A DNA stretch of 32,000 nucleotides from Ferroglobus placidus DSM 10642 (GTDB lineage Archaea; Halobacteriota; Archaeoglobi; Archaeoglobales; Archaeoglobaceae): NCBI RefSeq assembly GCF_000025505.1, contig NC_013849.1, forward strand, positions 780,001-812,000, written 5' to 3'. Below, one piece after another: positions 16,304 through 25,707 of the stretch. Both the position numbers and the translations under genes were made by a program. The notes below the pieces were generated by a model. That model was given only the letters and a program-made list of their open reading frames with translations, was not told the DNA's origin and did no database searches. The stretch's first letter is position 1. Each line of letters starts with the position of its first letter.

Positions 16304-17323
16304 GTGGAGTGCAACCTCGTCAAGCAAGGATTTCAACCGGGATCCTGTGAGGTGAAAGTCGGAAATAAGATTAGAAGAGCTTGCGAAGCTACGCTTAAAA
16401 AGAATAAATCGTATCAGAGGCTGATAAAATCTGTACAACTTTCCCGCCCGGAAGATTACCTCAGCATATACCAAAGCGGATGCAATCACAGCTGCAAAAA
16501 GTGCCACTCTTGGTACTTCACCCAAATCGCTGACGGCAGATGGATGTCCACGGATGAAATAGCGAGGATTTGCGAAGAATACGAGAGAATTGTAACTGTA
16601 AATGAGCCGAGGAAAAGAGCAACAATGTTTCACGCCACGGATCTGTGCAAGCACTGTGGAAGCTGCATACTAACCGGAAAAAGAAGCGATCTCTGCCCCA
16701 AGAAACTGTCGAAAGATCAAATTCTCGTCAGTCCTCAGGGATTCGGACCGGCAAGAAACATAGTCGCATTTACTGGAGGAGACATCGTTTGTAGAGCTGA
16801 GTTTTACTCAGAAGCTGCTGAGAAAATAAAAGAAGTGGCGAAGCTATGGGTTCTCATAGAGACGAACGGCTACGGTTTAACTCCAAAAAACCTCGATTTG
16901 CTGAAGGATAACGTTGACAGCTTCTGGCTCGACATAAAAGCTTACGACGAAAGAGTTTACAAGGCTTTGTGCGGAACGACCAATAAGTGGATTCTGAAAG
17001 TTCCGGAGTGGATTGTCGAGAGAGGATTTGTTTTGGAAGTCTGCACTCTCTACATACCAAACTGGGTTGAAGCTGATCAGATCGGAAAGATAGCGAAGAT
17101 AATAGCTGAGATAGACCCGGAAATTCCCTTCACAATACTCGCCTACTTCCCGGAGTACAAACTTCACGAAAGAACTCCAACGCTATCCGAGATGATCTCC
17201 GCCTACAGCTCGGCTGTTGAAGCAGGATTGAAGAACGTAAAGCTCGGCAACATAGGAGTTTTTGCAAGAAGTGATACCGACTTCAAGCTTTTACTTGAGG
17301 TTCTCGGAGAGGATGTAATTTAG
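16304..17323 (+). CDS. Radical SAM protein with additional Cys-rich (ferredoxin-like) insert
   Basis: GTG start; SGCNHSCKKCHSW (CX3CX2C) plus CKHCGSCILTGKRSDLCP insert; VAFTGGDIVCRAEF; IETNGYG. Confidence 0.85.
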   Translation: MECNLVKQGFQPGSCEVKVGNKIRRACEATLKKNKSYQRLIKSVQLSRPEDYLSIYQSGCNHSCKKCHSWYFTQIADGRWMSTDEIARICEEYERIVTVNEPRKRATMFHATDLCKHCGSCILTGKRSDLCPKKLSKDQILVSPQGFGPARNIVAFTGGDIVCRAEFYSEAAEKIKEVAKLWVLIETNGYGLTPKNLDLLKDNVDSFWLDIKAYDERVYKALCGTTNKWILKVPEWIVERGFVLEVCTLYIPNWVEADQIGKIAKIIAEIDPEIPFTILAYFPEYKLHERTPTLSEMISAYSSAVEAGLKNVKLGNIGVFARSDTDFKLLLEVLGEDVI

Positions 17324-17376
17324 CCTCCTTATAAGATGCAATTTTCCGCAAAATTTAAAAACCTTCAACTGAAGTT

Positions 17377-18057
17377 ATGATTGCCGTAACGGCTTTTTCT
17401 AAAAAGTTACGAGAAGTGAAGAATATGATACATGACAAGGTGTTTAAAGGTACGACTACCGTAGGGCTGGTTTGTAAGGACGGAGTGGTGCTTGCGACTG
17501 AAAAAAGAGCGACGATGGGAAACTTCATAGCGAGCAGAAGAGCCAAGAAAATTTACAAGATAACCGACAGAATCGCCATGACCACAGCAGGAAGCGTCGG
17601 AGACGCTCAGTTCTTGGCGAGGCTGATAAAGGTCGAAACGAACTTATACACGATCAGAAAAGAGGAAGAGCCTACAGTAAAGGCTGTAGCCACCCTCGTT
17701 TCGAATCTGCTCAACTCAGTGAGGTACTTCCCTTACCTCGTTCAACTGCTGATAGGAGGAGTCGACAAGACTGGAGCGAAGATCTACTCGATAGATCCCA
17801 TAGGAGGTGCCATAGAAGAGATCGACATCGTAGCCACTGGATCTGGCTCACCAATGGCTTACGGAGTTCTTGAGGACAACTACAGAAAAGACATAAACGT
17901 AGACGAAGCTGTCGAACTCGCAATAAGAGCGATTTACTCGGCTATGAAGAGAGATTCCGCTTCGGGAGACGGGATAGACGTTGTTAAGATTACCGAGAAG
18001 GAGTACGTGGAATTAACGCCGGAAGAGATCGAAGCTATTCTCGAGAAGTTGAGATAG
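17377..18057 (+). CDS. psmB: Proteasome beta subunit
   Basis: [70 protein letters not shown]; N-terminal propeptide before catalytic Thr. Confidence 0.95.
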   Translation: MIAVTAFSKKLREVKNMIHDKVFKGTTTVGLVCKDGVVLATEKRATMGNFIASRRAKKIYKITDRIAMTTAGSVGDAQFLARLIKVETNLYTIRKEEEPTVKAVATLVSNLLNSVRYFPYLVQLLIGGVDKTGAKIYSIDPIGGAIEEIDIVATGSGSPMAYGVLEDNYRKDINVDEAVELAIRAIYSAMKRDSASGDGIDVVKITEKEYVELTPEEIEAILEKLR

Positions 18058-18060
18058 AGG

Positions 18061-19965
18061 ATGGCTACGAGGAAAGTTTTAAGCGAGCTTAAGGAGAAGA
18101 TAAGAGGCTTTCTTCCAAACATAAAAATAAAGAGCATTGAATTCGAAGGACCGAACCTGGTCGTCTACGTAGAGGATCCCAAACAGCTACTGGGAAGTGG
18201 AGACATAATAAAGAAGCTCGCGAAAGATCTCAGAAAAAGGATTATAGTAAGAGCAGATCCAAAAAGCAGAAAACCGCCAGGAGAGGCTGAAGAAATAATA
18301 AAGCAGGTAGTTCCCGAAGAAGCAAAAATAACGAGCATATTCTTCGACGAAGAGAACGGAGAAGTTATAATCGAGGCAGAGAAGCCGGGAATAGTCATAG
18401 GAAAGAGGGGGAAAACGCTTAGAGAGATAATAATAGAAACGGGCTGGAGTCCAAGGGTAGTTAGGACTCCTCCGATAAGATCTAAGACTATCGAAGACAT
18501 AAGAAATTTCCTTCTGAGTGTAAGAGAGGAGAGAAAGGAGATACTGAAAAAGGTTGGGGAAAGAATACACAGAGGAACGATTTACAAAGACAAATGGGTG
18601 AGGATAACGTTTTTGGGCGGATCGAGAGAAGTCGGCAGAAGCTGCTACCTATTGCAAACGCCGGAAAGCAAGATAATGATAGACTGCGGTGTCAACGTTT
18701 CCAACCTCAACCAGACTCCATACCTCTACGTTCCAGAGGTAACACCCCTCGACAGTATAGATGCCGTAGTTGTCACCCACGCTCATTTAGATCACTGCGG
18801 TCTGATTCCTATCCTTTACAAGTACGGCTACAAAGGTCCGATCTACCTTACTCAACCAACAAGAGATTTGATGGTTTTGCTTCAGCTCGACTTCATCGAC
18901 GTGGCTGTTAAGGAGGGAGGAGTAACTCCCTACGAATCGCAACACATCAGAGAAGCTTTGAAGCACACGATAACTCTCGACTACGGAGTCGTCACCGACA
19001 TAGCTCCGGACGTTAGGTTGACTTTCTACAACGCCGGACATATTCTCGGTTCCGCGATAGCCCACTTCCACATAGGGGAAGGGTTATACAACGTCGCATT
19101 TACCGGCGACTTCAAATTCGAGAGAACGAGGCTTTTCGACAAAGCAGAAACGAACTTCCCGAGACTTGAGGCTTTGGTAATGGAAGCCACCTACGGAGGA
19201 AGCGAAGACTTTCAGCCTTCGAGAAAGGAAGCGGAAGAGAAGCTGATAGAAGTGATAAACAAAACAGTATCGAGGGGTGGAAAAGTTCTAATTCCCGCTT
19301 TCGCAGTAGGAAGAAGTCAGGAAGTCATGATTGTCTTGGAGGAAGCTATAAGAGAGAAGAAGATTCCAGAAGTTCCCGTTTACTTGGACGGAATGATTTA
19401 CGAAGCCACAGCTATCCACACGGCATATCCGGAATACCTCAACGCTCATCTGAGGGATTTGATCTTCCACCAAGGCGTGAATCCTTTCATCTCAGAGAGT
19501 TTTGTTAGGGTCGACTCGGCTTCGAAGAGAGATGAGGTAATAAACGATAAGTCTCCGGCTGTTATAATAGCAACTTCCGGAATGCTAAACGGCGGACCGG
19601 TGATGGAGTACTTTAAAGCTCTCGCTCCAGATGAAAAGAACACCCTCGTCTTCGTAGGTTACCAAGCTGAGGGGACGCTCGGTAGAAGGATACAGAAGGG
19701 TTGGAAAGAAGTTCCCTTCCCGAGCAACGGGAAGAGAGAAGTTGTTTACGTGAACATGGAAGTTGTAACAGTTGACGGTTTCTCAGGACATTCGGACAGA
19801 AGGCAGCTCATAAATTACGTGAAATCCCTAAGCTCAAAGCCGGAGAAAGTTCTTACGGTCCACGGAGACGAGGGGAAGTGCATCGAACTCGCTTCGGCAA
19901 TTTACAAAACCTTCAGAATTGAGACGAGAGCCCCCATGAACCTCGAAACGGTGAGGCTTCTATGA
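18061..19965 (+). CDS. Archaeal beta-CASP ribonuclease with KH domains (aCPSF1/FttA transcription termination factor)
   Basis: N-terminal KH region ([12 protein letters not shown]), metallo-beta-lactamase [11 protein letters not shown], beta-CASP motifs [21 protein letters not shown]. Confidence 0.94.
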   Translation: MATRKVLSELKEKIRGFLPNIKIKSIEFEGPNLVVYVEDPKQLLGSGDIIKKLAKDLRKRIIVRADPKSRKPPGEAEEIIKQVVPEEAKITSIFFDEENGEVIIEAEKPGIVIGKRGKTLREIIIETGWSPRVVRTPPIRSKTIEDIRNFLLSVREERKEILKKVGERIHRGTIYKDKWVRITFLGGSREVGRSCYLLQTPESKIMIDCGVNVSNLNQTPYLYVPEVTPLDSIDAVVVTHAHLDHCGLIPILYKYGYKGPIYLTQPTRDLMVLLQLDFIDVAVKEGGVTPYESQHIREALKHTITLDYGVVTDIAPDVRLTFYNAGHILGSAIAHFHIGEGLYNVAFTGDFKFERTRLFDKAETNFPRLEALVMEATYGGSEDFQPSRKEAEEKLIEVINKTVSRGGKVLIPAFAVGRSQEVMIVLEEAIREKKIPEVPVYLDGMIYEATAIHTAYPEYLNAHLRDLIFHQGVNPFISESFVRVDSASKRDEVINDKSPAVIIATSGMLNGGPVMEYFKALAPDEKNTLVFVGYQAEGTLGRRIQKGWKEVPFPSNGKREVVYVNMEVVTVDGFSGHSDRRQLINYVKSLSSKPEKVLTVHGDEGKCIELASAIYKTFRIETRAPMNLETVRLL

Positions 19966-20438
19966 TAATAAGCTTCGTCGGAACTTCGGATAGCGGAAAA
20001 ACGACTCTTCTAACGAAAGTAATTCCGATTCTCGTGGAGCGCGGGTTAAAGGTAGCAGTAGTTAAGCATCACTCTCACGGAGATTTCGAGATAGATAAAG
20101 AGGGAAAGGACTCGTGGAAACTTTATCAAGCCGGAGCTGATGTGGTAATTTCCTCTCCGGTGAAGATGGCTTTCATAAAGCGAGCGACTAACGACGACCT
20201 CGACGAAATTTACGAGCGATATCTGAAAGGAGACTACGACCTCGTTTTGACAGAAGGTTTCAACAAAGCCGGAAAAGACAGAATAGTTATAGTGAGAGAT
20301 CCGAAGGACATCGAGTATTTTAAGCATGGAAAAATACTGGCTGTCGTCTGCGACGAGAAAGTGGAAGGTTACACCTGGTTTAGGAGGGACGAAGTGGAAA
20401 AAATAGCAGAGTTTATTATCAAACTCGTCAAAAGTTGA
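19962..20438 (+). CDS. mobB: Molybdopterin-guanine dinucleotide biosynthesis adaptor protein MobB
   Basis: [60 protein letters not shown]; [10 protein letters not shown]. Confidence 0.92.
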   Translation: MIISFVGTSDSGKTTLLTKVIPILVERGLKVAVVKHHSHGDFEIDKEGKDSWKLYQAGADVVISSPVKMAFIKRATNDDLDEIYERYLKGDYDLVLTEGFNKAGKDRIVIVRDPKDIEYFKHGKILAVVCDEKVEGYTWFRRDEVEKIAEFIIKLVKS

Positions 20439-20629
20439 GCATGGAGAAGCTTAAGCACCTTCTCGATCACTGGATAGAACACAACAGAGAGCACGCTGAA
20501 AAGTACAAGGAATGGGCTGAAAAAGTGAGAGCTTCCAATCCGGAAATTTCTGAAATTCTCGACAGAGTCGTTGAAAAGATGGAAGAAGTGGAAAAGCTAT
20601 TAAAAGAAGCATACGAGAAGCTAAAATGA
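20435..20629 (+). CDS. Small alpha-helical hypothetical protein
   Basis: 64 aa, EKLKHLLDHWIEHNREHAEKYKEWAEKVRA...; 4-nt overlaps with both neighbours. Confidence 0.7.
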   Translation: MSMEKLKHLLDHWIEHNREHAEKYKEWAEKVRASNPEISEILDRVVEKMEEVEKLLKEAYEKLK

Positions 20630-21312
20630 AGGTGGCTTTTTTCAGTCCGAAGAACAGCGCAGAGGAAGTGATTGAAGAAATTAAAAAGTTCGGCTTCACT
20701 CCAATTCACGTGCCGATGGTTGAAATAGTTGAGAGGGAAGTTAACGAGGTTAGAGATGCCGATTACACGATTGTAACGAGCAAAACCGCCGCAAAAATGG
20801 CTGTGAGTAAAAATTTCGTTAAAGGAGACGTTATAGCCATCGGCGAGAAAACTGCTGAAATTTTGAAGGATTTTAATCCAATCACTCCTTCCAAATACGA
20901 CTCAAAAACTCTTTACGAGGAGTTCAGAGATTTTCTTAAGGGAAGAAAGGTAAACTTGTTGAGGAGCGATAAAGGAGATGAAATTCTGTTAAAGCTGTCT
21001 GAGATTTGCGATTTGAAAGAGTACGTTCTCTACGAAATAAAACCGATTGTCGGGGAAGAGCAAAAAAAGATCGTCAGGAGAATAGTTGAGGGGGAAATCG
21101 ACGCTGTAATATTTTCGAGCAGACTGATAGTCAGGAGTTTTTTCGAAAACGCCAAAGCTTGCGGAATTTACGATAAAGCTGCGAAAAGGCTTAACGAGAT
21201 AAAAACGATAGCTTTGGGGAAACCCAGCTGGGAAGAGCTGAAAAAATTCGGAGTAAGTGCAGCATTTCCGAAAAAGTACACTTTTTCGGAGGCTTTGAAA
21301 CTCATAAGATAA
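20626..21312 (+). CDS. hemD: Uroporphyrinogen-III synthase
   Basis: MKVAFFSPKNSAEEVIEEIKKFGFTPIHVPMVEI...DYTIVTSKTAAK...DAVIFSSRLIVRSFF...TIALGKPSWEELKKFG. Confidence 0.82.
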   Translation: MKVAFFSPKNSAEEVIEEIKKFGFTPIHVPMVEIVEREVNEVRDADYTIVTSKTAAKMAVSKNFVKGDVIAIGEKTAEILKDFNPITPSKYDSKTLYEEFRDFLKGRKVNLLRSDKGDEILLKLSEICDLKEYVLYEIKPIVGEEQKKIVRRIVEGEIDAVIFSSRLIVRSFFENAKACGIYDKAAKRLNEIKTIALGKPSWEELKKFGVSAAFPKKYTFSEALKLIR

Positions 21313-21342
21313 TTTTAAATACAACTCCGCAAACTTTCTGCT

Positions 21343-21867
21343 ATGGCGAGAAAACCAGCGAGAATGTGGAGAAGACTCGAAAGACCCTACACGAGGAAGG
21401 AGTACATCGACGGAGTTCCTGGGCCAAGGATAAGGCAGTTCGACATGGGTAACAAAACCGCTTCTTTCCCCGTCATGGTCACCCTCGTAGCTGAAGAGGC
21501 TGTGCAGATAAGGGACATAGCTTTGGAAGCTGCGAGAGTTGCTGCGAACAAGTACATAACGAAGATGGCTGGAAGCAGCAACTACTACCTCAAAGTCAGG
21601 ATATACCCGCACCACGTTTTGAGGGAGCACAAGATGGCTGTCGGAGCTGGAGCGGACAGAATTTCGCAGGGAATGAGGAAGGCATTCGGAAAGCCGGTAG
21701 GTTTAGCCGCTCAAGTAGAGCCAGGAACGAAGATAATGAGCATATGGACGAAGCCTGAGTTCTTCGAAGCGGCTAAGGAAGCTCTAAAAAGAGCGAGCCA
21801 GAAACTACCAACGCCTACGAGGATAGTGGTTGAAAAAGGCGCCGAACTACTTAAGGGCAAGGTTTAA
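21343..21867 (+). CDS. 50S ribosomal protein L10e (L16-like)
   Basis: MARKPARMWRRLERPYTRKEYIDGVPGPRIRQFDMGN...VRIYPHHVLREHKMAVGAGADRISQGMRKAFGKPVG. Confidence 0.97.
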   Translation: MARKPARMWRRLERPYTRKEYIDGVPGPRIRQFDMGNKTASFPVMVTLVAEEAVQIRDIALEAARVAANKYITKMAGSSNYYLKVRIYPHHVLREHKMAVGAGADRISQGMRKAFGKPVGLAAQVEPGTKIMSIWTKPEFFEAAKEALKRASQKLPTPTRIVVEKGAELLKGKV

Positions 21868-22536
21868 CTCTTTCAGATAATTTTCCAACTCCTTTCCTTC
21901 GACAAACGGAATTCCGTTTTCTTCAGCGTATTTCATAGCTTTTTCCTTCGGCAAAGCTCTTCCGGTCTCTTCGTCGAGCATCTCGCAAATAGCTACTGCA
22001 GGAGTAATTCCGGCTAACTTCGCAAGGGCTACGCTTAGCTCCGTCTGACCTCTTCTTTCTTCAAGAAGCCTTTCAGCTGCTTTCAACAAAGCAACATGCC
22101 CTGGACTTCTGAATTCGTTTGCAAAATCGAAGTCTTCGCCGTTCAAAACTTTTTCAACAGCTTCGCCGATTTTCCTTATCGTCAAACTTCTGTCCAGATC
22201 GGTAACTCCCGTATAGGTGTCAACGTGATTCACCCAAAGGCTGAAGGAAGAGCGGGAGTCGTAAGGAACCTTTTTCACGAAATTCTTCAGGCTGGAAAAT
22301 TTTGAAGATGCAGCCTCAAGAATCTCGTGCATGAAAGGCAAGCCGAGCTTCTCAGCAGCTTCGTAGCTTATCGCTACGCAAATCAATCCCCCTCCGTCGA
22401 TTCTCATCATAGCCACGTCTTTTGGCTTAACGTTTAAAGCCGGAATTGCTATGTCCGTCTCCCCCTCTCTGTCGTCGTAATCGTAGATTAAAACCGGTTT
22501 ACCTTTTTTAAAGTTCCTTATAGCTTCTTCGATCAT
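21847..22536 (-). CDS. ribB: 3,4-dihydroxy-2-butanone 4-phosphate synthase
   Basis: GKPVLIYDYDDREGETDIAIPA...FRSPGHVALLKA...RRGQTELSVALAKLAG. Confidence 0.94.
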   Translation of the reverse strand: MIEEAIRNFKKGKPVLIYDYDDREGETDIAIPALNVKPKDVAMMRIDGGGLICVAISYEAAEKLGLPFMHEILEAASSKFSSLKNFVKKVPYDSRSSFSLWVNHVDTYTGVTDLDRSLTIRKIGEAVEKVLNGEDFDFANEFRSPGHVALLKAAERLLEERRGQTELSVALAKLAGITPAVAICEMLDEETGRALPKEKAMKYAEENGIPFVEGKELENYLKELNLALK

Positions 22537-23180
22537 AATTCCACCTCCACCTCAACCTCGTCTCCATCTTTCAATCCGAGCTTCTCCCTCAGATTTACCG
22601 GAGCGATAATCTCCAGAACGTCTTTGGAGTAGTGTGTTCTCTCCGGAATTATCACAGCACCCTTAACGCTGTTTATCGAGCAACGAAAAGCCTTCACGTT
22701 TCCGAAAGTCCTGTCTTCGGTTTTGAATCCTTCTATCAGAATTCCCTCCTCCTCGTCCATCCTCGCTCTAAGAACGATCTGATCCTTCGAAAGCTTCAGG
22801 TTGAGGGTGCCGGGGAAGGGATCGAAGCCGAGTTTTTCGATAAACTGCTTTCTGTAGCCTTCGAGGGAAACGTAGTACTTCCCTTCTCCAAGACCGCTTA
22901 TCACCTTCCCTCTGATAACGATCTTTTCCAAATCTTCGAAAATTTTTTTATAGTCGAGGTACTCCTTGTAGAGAAGCTCCCTGCCCTTCTCCGTTATTAT
23001 CACGTACTGCCCGTCCTTCCGAATAATTCTCTCTATGTACCCCATCTCCTCAAGCTCCTTCAGTTTTCTCGCCGCAGTCTGAACGCTCTGGTTAATTTTC
23101 TCAGCGAGATCTTTCGAGCAGATTTTAACAGCTTTCTTCGTTGCGTTCATCAGCGCGAGTTGTTTCAGCGTTTCCATCAT
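22533..23180 (-). CDS. ribK: CTP-dependent riboflavin kinase with N-terminal winged-HTH
   Basis: N-terminal HTH (SVQTAARKLKELEEMGYIER), then GKVISGLGEGKYYVSLEGYRKQFIEKLGFDPFPGTLNLKL. Confidence 0.93.
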   Translation of the reverse strand: MMETLKQLALMNATKKAVKICSKDLAEKINQSVQTAARKLKELEEMGYIERIIRKDGQYVIITEKGRELLYKEYLDYKKIFEDLEKIVIRGKVISGLGEGKYYVSLEGYRKQFIEKLGFDPFPGTLNLKLSKDQIVLRARMDEEEGILIEGFKTEDRTFGNVKAFRCSINSVKGAVIIPERTHYSKDVLEIIAPVNLREKLGLKDGDEVEVEVEL

Positions 23181-23226
23181 CTTCTCAAAAATGAGATGCT
23201 TCTCAGATATAAAGATTTTGATCGCC

Positions 23227-24597
23227 TTAGTAAATCTTAACGGTGTGCTCTACCACGTGAAGATATGTTATAATCGGGGGCATCTGGTCAACTAAAAGCC
23301 TGTAAGTTGATTGAGCGGTATTGAATCCATCAGCTCTGCCTTCGTAGATAACTATATCCGGCGACGTTTGGGCAGCAAGAACTCTAAAGTAATGCTCGGT
23401 AACGTTTTTTAAAGTAAGTACTTTACCTTCGTTGAAGTCTCCGAGCTGGTCGTTGACGAAATCCGTTTCGTTAATGTCGTTTCCCCAAGTCCATGTGACA
23501 GATGAGAAAGCGTTAGTCGGCCATCTAACTCCTCCCACGTTTATAGCTGCATCAGGTTTCTTGTACTCCATCCATATTGACTCGTTGAGAAAATCGAGGG
23601 AATAAAAACCGTCGTCATTCCACTTTAATGTTGTATTAGACTCCCACGATTCGTATTTCGATTCGTTTCCATAGTATACTCGAAGAATGAATTCGTTAGC
23701 ACTACCTTGCCTTTTTTGCATATATATTACAAGGGCTGGATCGGTATCGGTGTACCAGACGAGTTTGTAGTTTGACCGCAACTCATACAGATTTAACACG
23801 AATTCTTTTATCGGCTCTTCGTCGCTGTAATTCAACCTCGTTATTCTTATAGGCATCTCATACGTTTTAAAAACCGGAGCGGATTTTACTGCAAGCTCGA
23901 ACGTCACAGTGTTGTTTTCCGCGTCGATACTTCTAACTTCCGCATCGCTCCTCTCTTCAAAATAATTCATCCACCCGTCCCAGAACTCGCTCGTCACCTT
24001 AACTATAAGATAATCGCACTCCAATGGATTTACGAATCTCGGGTCTTTGGAAGGATCGGGATAAATTTTAGTTATTTTTACTCTCTTAACGCTTAAATCA
24101 ACCACACCGCTCCCGGCAATTGAAGCGGAAGAATCAATTTTTATTATCGGGAACGTCAGCGTATCTATCTTGTAATGAAACTCAGGTGGCGAGACCATTA
24201 CAGTTTTTCCACTCCTTTTCAGCCAGACACCGCCTCCTTCGTAACCTATAACCACATCTCCAATTCTGAAAACAACCCTTCCTATTGATGAGCTGTAAAT
24301 CACCTTCTCCTCCGTTCCGTTAAAAACTCCAATTATCGTTATGTTGTTTCCACCGCTTTCTATACTCAAAGAACCTCCGAGAAGGTTAAAAGATATGCTC
24401 TGGCTTGGAGAATCTCCGAGAGAAGCTCTACTTGCAACGTAATCGAGGAGAGACATCTGAACTTCAGCTATTCTAATTTTAGATTCGAAAATCTGATCGG
24501 AAATGTAAGGGTAAGAGATAGTAAAGACAGTCACAGCTACCAGCGTCACTATTCCGAACATCAACAACCACCCAACCACTTCCGACACAGCCCTCAT
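23227..24597 (-). CDS. Archaeal pilin-like secreted/membrane protein (large)
   Basis: MRAVSEVVGWLLMFGIVTLVAVTVFTISYPYISDQ: class III-like signal and N-terminal TM helix. Confidence 0.7.
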   Translation of the reverse strand: MRAVSEVVGWLLMFGIVTLVAVTVFTISYPYISDQIFESKIRIAEVQMSLLDYVASRASLGDSPSQSISFNLLGGSLSIESGGNNITIIGVFNGTEEKVIYSSSIGRVVFRIGDVVIGYEGGGVWLKRSGKTVMVSPPEFHYKIDTLTFPIIKIDSSASIAGSGVVDLSVKRVKITKIYPDPSKDPRFVNPLECDYLIVKVTSEFWDGWMNYFEERSDAEVRSIDAENNTVTFELAVKSAPVFKTYEMPIRITRLNYSDEEPIKEFVLNLYELRSNYKLVWYTDTDPALVIYMQKRQGSANEFILRVYYGNESKYESWESNTTLKWNDDGFYSLDFLNESIWMEYKKPDAAINVGGVRWPTNAFSSVTWTWGNDINETDFVNDQLGDFNEGKVLTLKNVTEHYFRVLAAQTSPDIVIYEGRADGFNTAQSTYRLLVDQMPPIITYLHVVEHTVKIY

Positions 24598-24599
24598 AG

Positions 24600-25274
24600 C
24601 TAACCACTCAGTATTTCGAGAGAGACCAGAGAATACTTCACGAGAATTTTCGATTCATTCAAAAATATTCTGTCGCCTACTCTCGTGTAATTAACTCCTA
24701 CTTCTTTTAATATGCTTTCCCACGCATCCGCGTTTACGCTTTCTATTGTAACGTTGTTCGCCTCGAAAACACCCCCTCCGAGGTTTTCGAATCCAATTAT
24801 CACCTTCGCTTTTCCTCCAATGCTTTCAAAGCTCGAAAACTCGATAACTGGGAAAAGAACTGTGTCTCCAGCTTTTAAAACTCTCGGAGCGTAATCCAAG
24901 ACGAATCTGTCTCCGTAATAAGTAAAGACGGCATCGTTTTCGAGAACAATTCTAACGTCGTCTTTTTCATACACGAAGCTGTAAAGAGGAATTGTTGTAT
25001 TTCTCAGCGATACGTTCCCGCTTCTTTGCAAGTAAAAGGTTCCTTCGTATATTGTTATTTGCGTGTTTCTCGATGGAAAGCTATCGAAAACAACTTTATC
25101 GAGATTCGACTTCAAAAGAACGTAAGAAGACCTCATTTCGCTCATGTGATTGGAACTAATTATTGACTCGCTCAAAACTTTCGATCCGGAGAGAATCATC
25201 CCGGTAGCTATCGCAACTATCGTTAATATTATCGCTATGCCAACTTCGGTTGAAAGAGCTTTATCTCTCCTCAA
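24600..25274 (-). CDS. Pilin-like N-terminally anchored extracytoplasmic protein
   Basis: MRRDKALSTEVGIAIILTIVAIATGMILSG...; in the six-gene overlapping run. Confidence 0.65.
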   Translation of the reverse strand: MRRDKALSTEVGIAIILTIVAIATGMILSGSKVLSESIISSNHMSEMRSSYVLLKSNLDKVVFDSFPSRNTQITIYEGTFYLQRSGNVSLRNTTIPLYSFVYEKDDVRIVLENDAVFTYYGDRFVLDYAPRVLKAGDTVLFPVIEFSSFESIGGKAKVIIGFENLGGGVFEANNVTIESVNADAWESILKEVGVNYTRVGDRIFLNESKILVKYSLVSLEILSG

Positions 25275-25707
25275 GATTTGTCACCTCGATTTTACCCCTT
25301 TCCGGATGGTAAACCAGATAAGCATTCACGCTAAGCGCTTCGCTCTCTTCAACCGGAATTTTGCTGCTGATAGGAACAAAAACCGAATACTTTCCTTCCA
25401 ACTCTACAGATCCCGGTTTTATTCTGATAATGTATGTCTCTCCCCCGATCTTCTCCGGAACCTCCAGTTTTTTTACCATCGTAAGGTTTCCAGGGTAAAT
25501 CGTCAGATAGTACATCGCGTGCAGGTCGTTCACTATTTTAGCGGCAACGTTCTGCATCGTGGCTTTAACAGCCGTCTCCTCCACTGACTTGAAAACTGAG
25601 TTGTAGTTTAAGAGAACCATCATGACGAGTAACGACAAAATTGAGAGCAGAAATAACGCCTCGAGAGTTTCCGACACTCCTCTAATCGAATTTAAATTTC
25701 TTCTCAA
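25261..25707 (-). CDS. Pilin-like N-terminally anchored protein
   Basis: MRRNLNSIRGVSETLEALFLLSILSLLVMMVLL... Confidence 0.65.
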   Translation of the reverse strand: MRRNLNSIRGVSETLEALFLLSILSLLVMMVLLNYNSVFKSVEETAVKATMQNVAAKIVNDLHAMYYLTIYPGNLTMVKKLEVPEKIGGETYIIRIKPGSVELEGKYSVFVPISSKIPVEESEALSVNAYLVYHPERGKIEVTNLEER

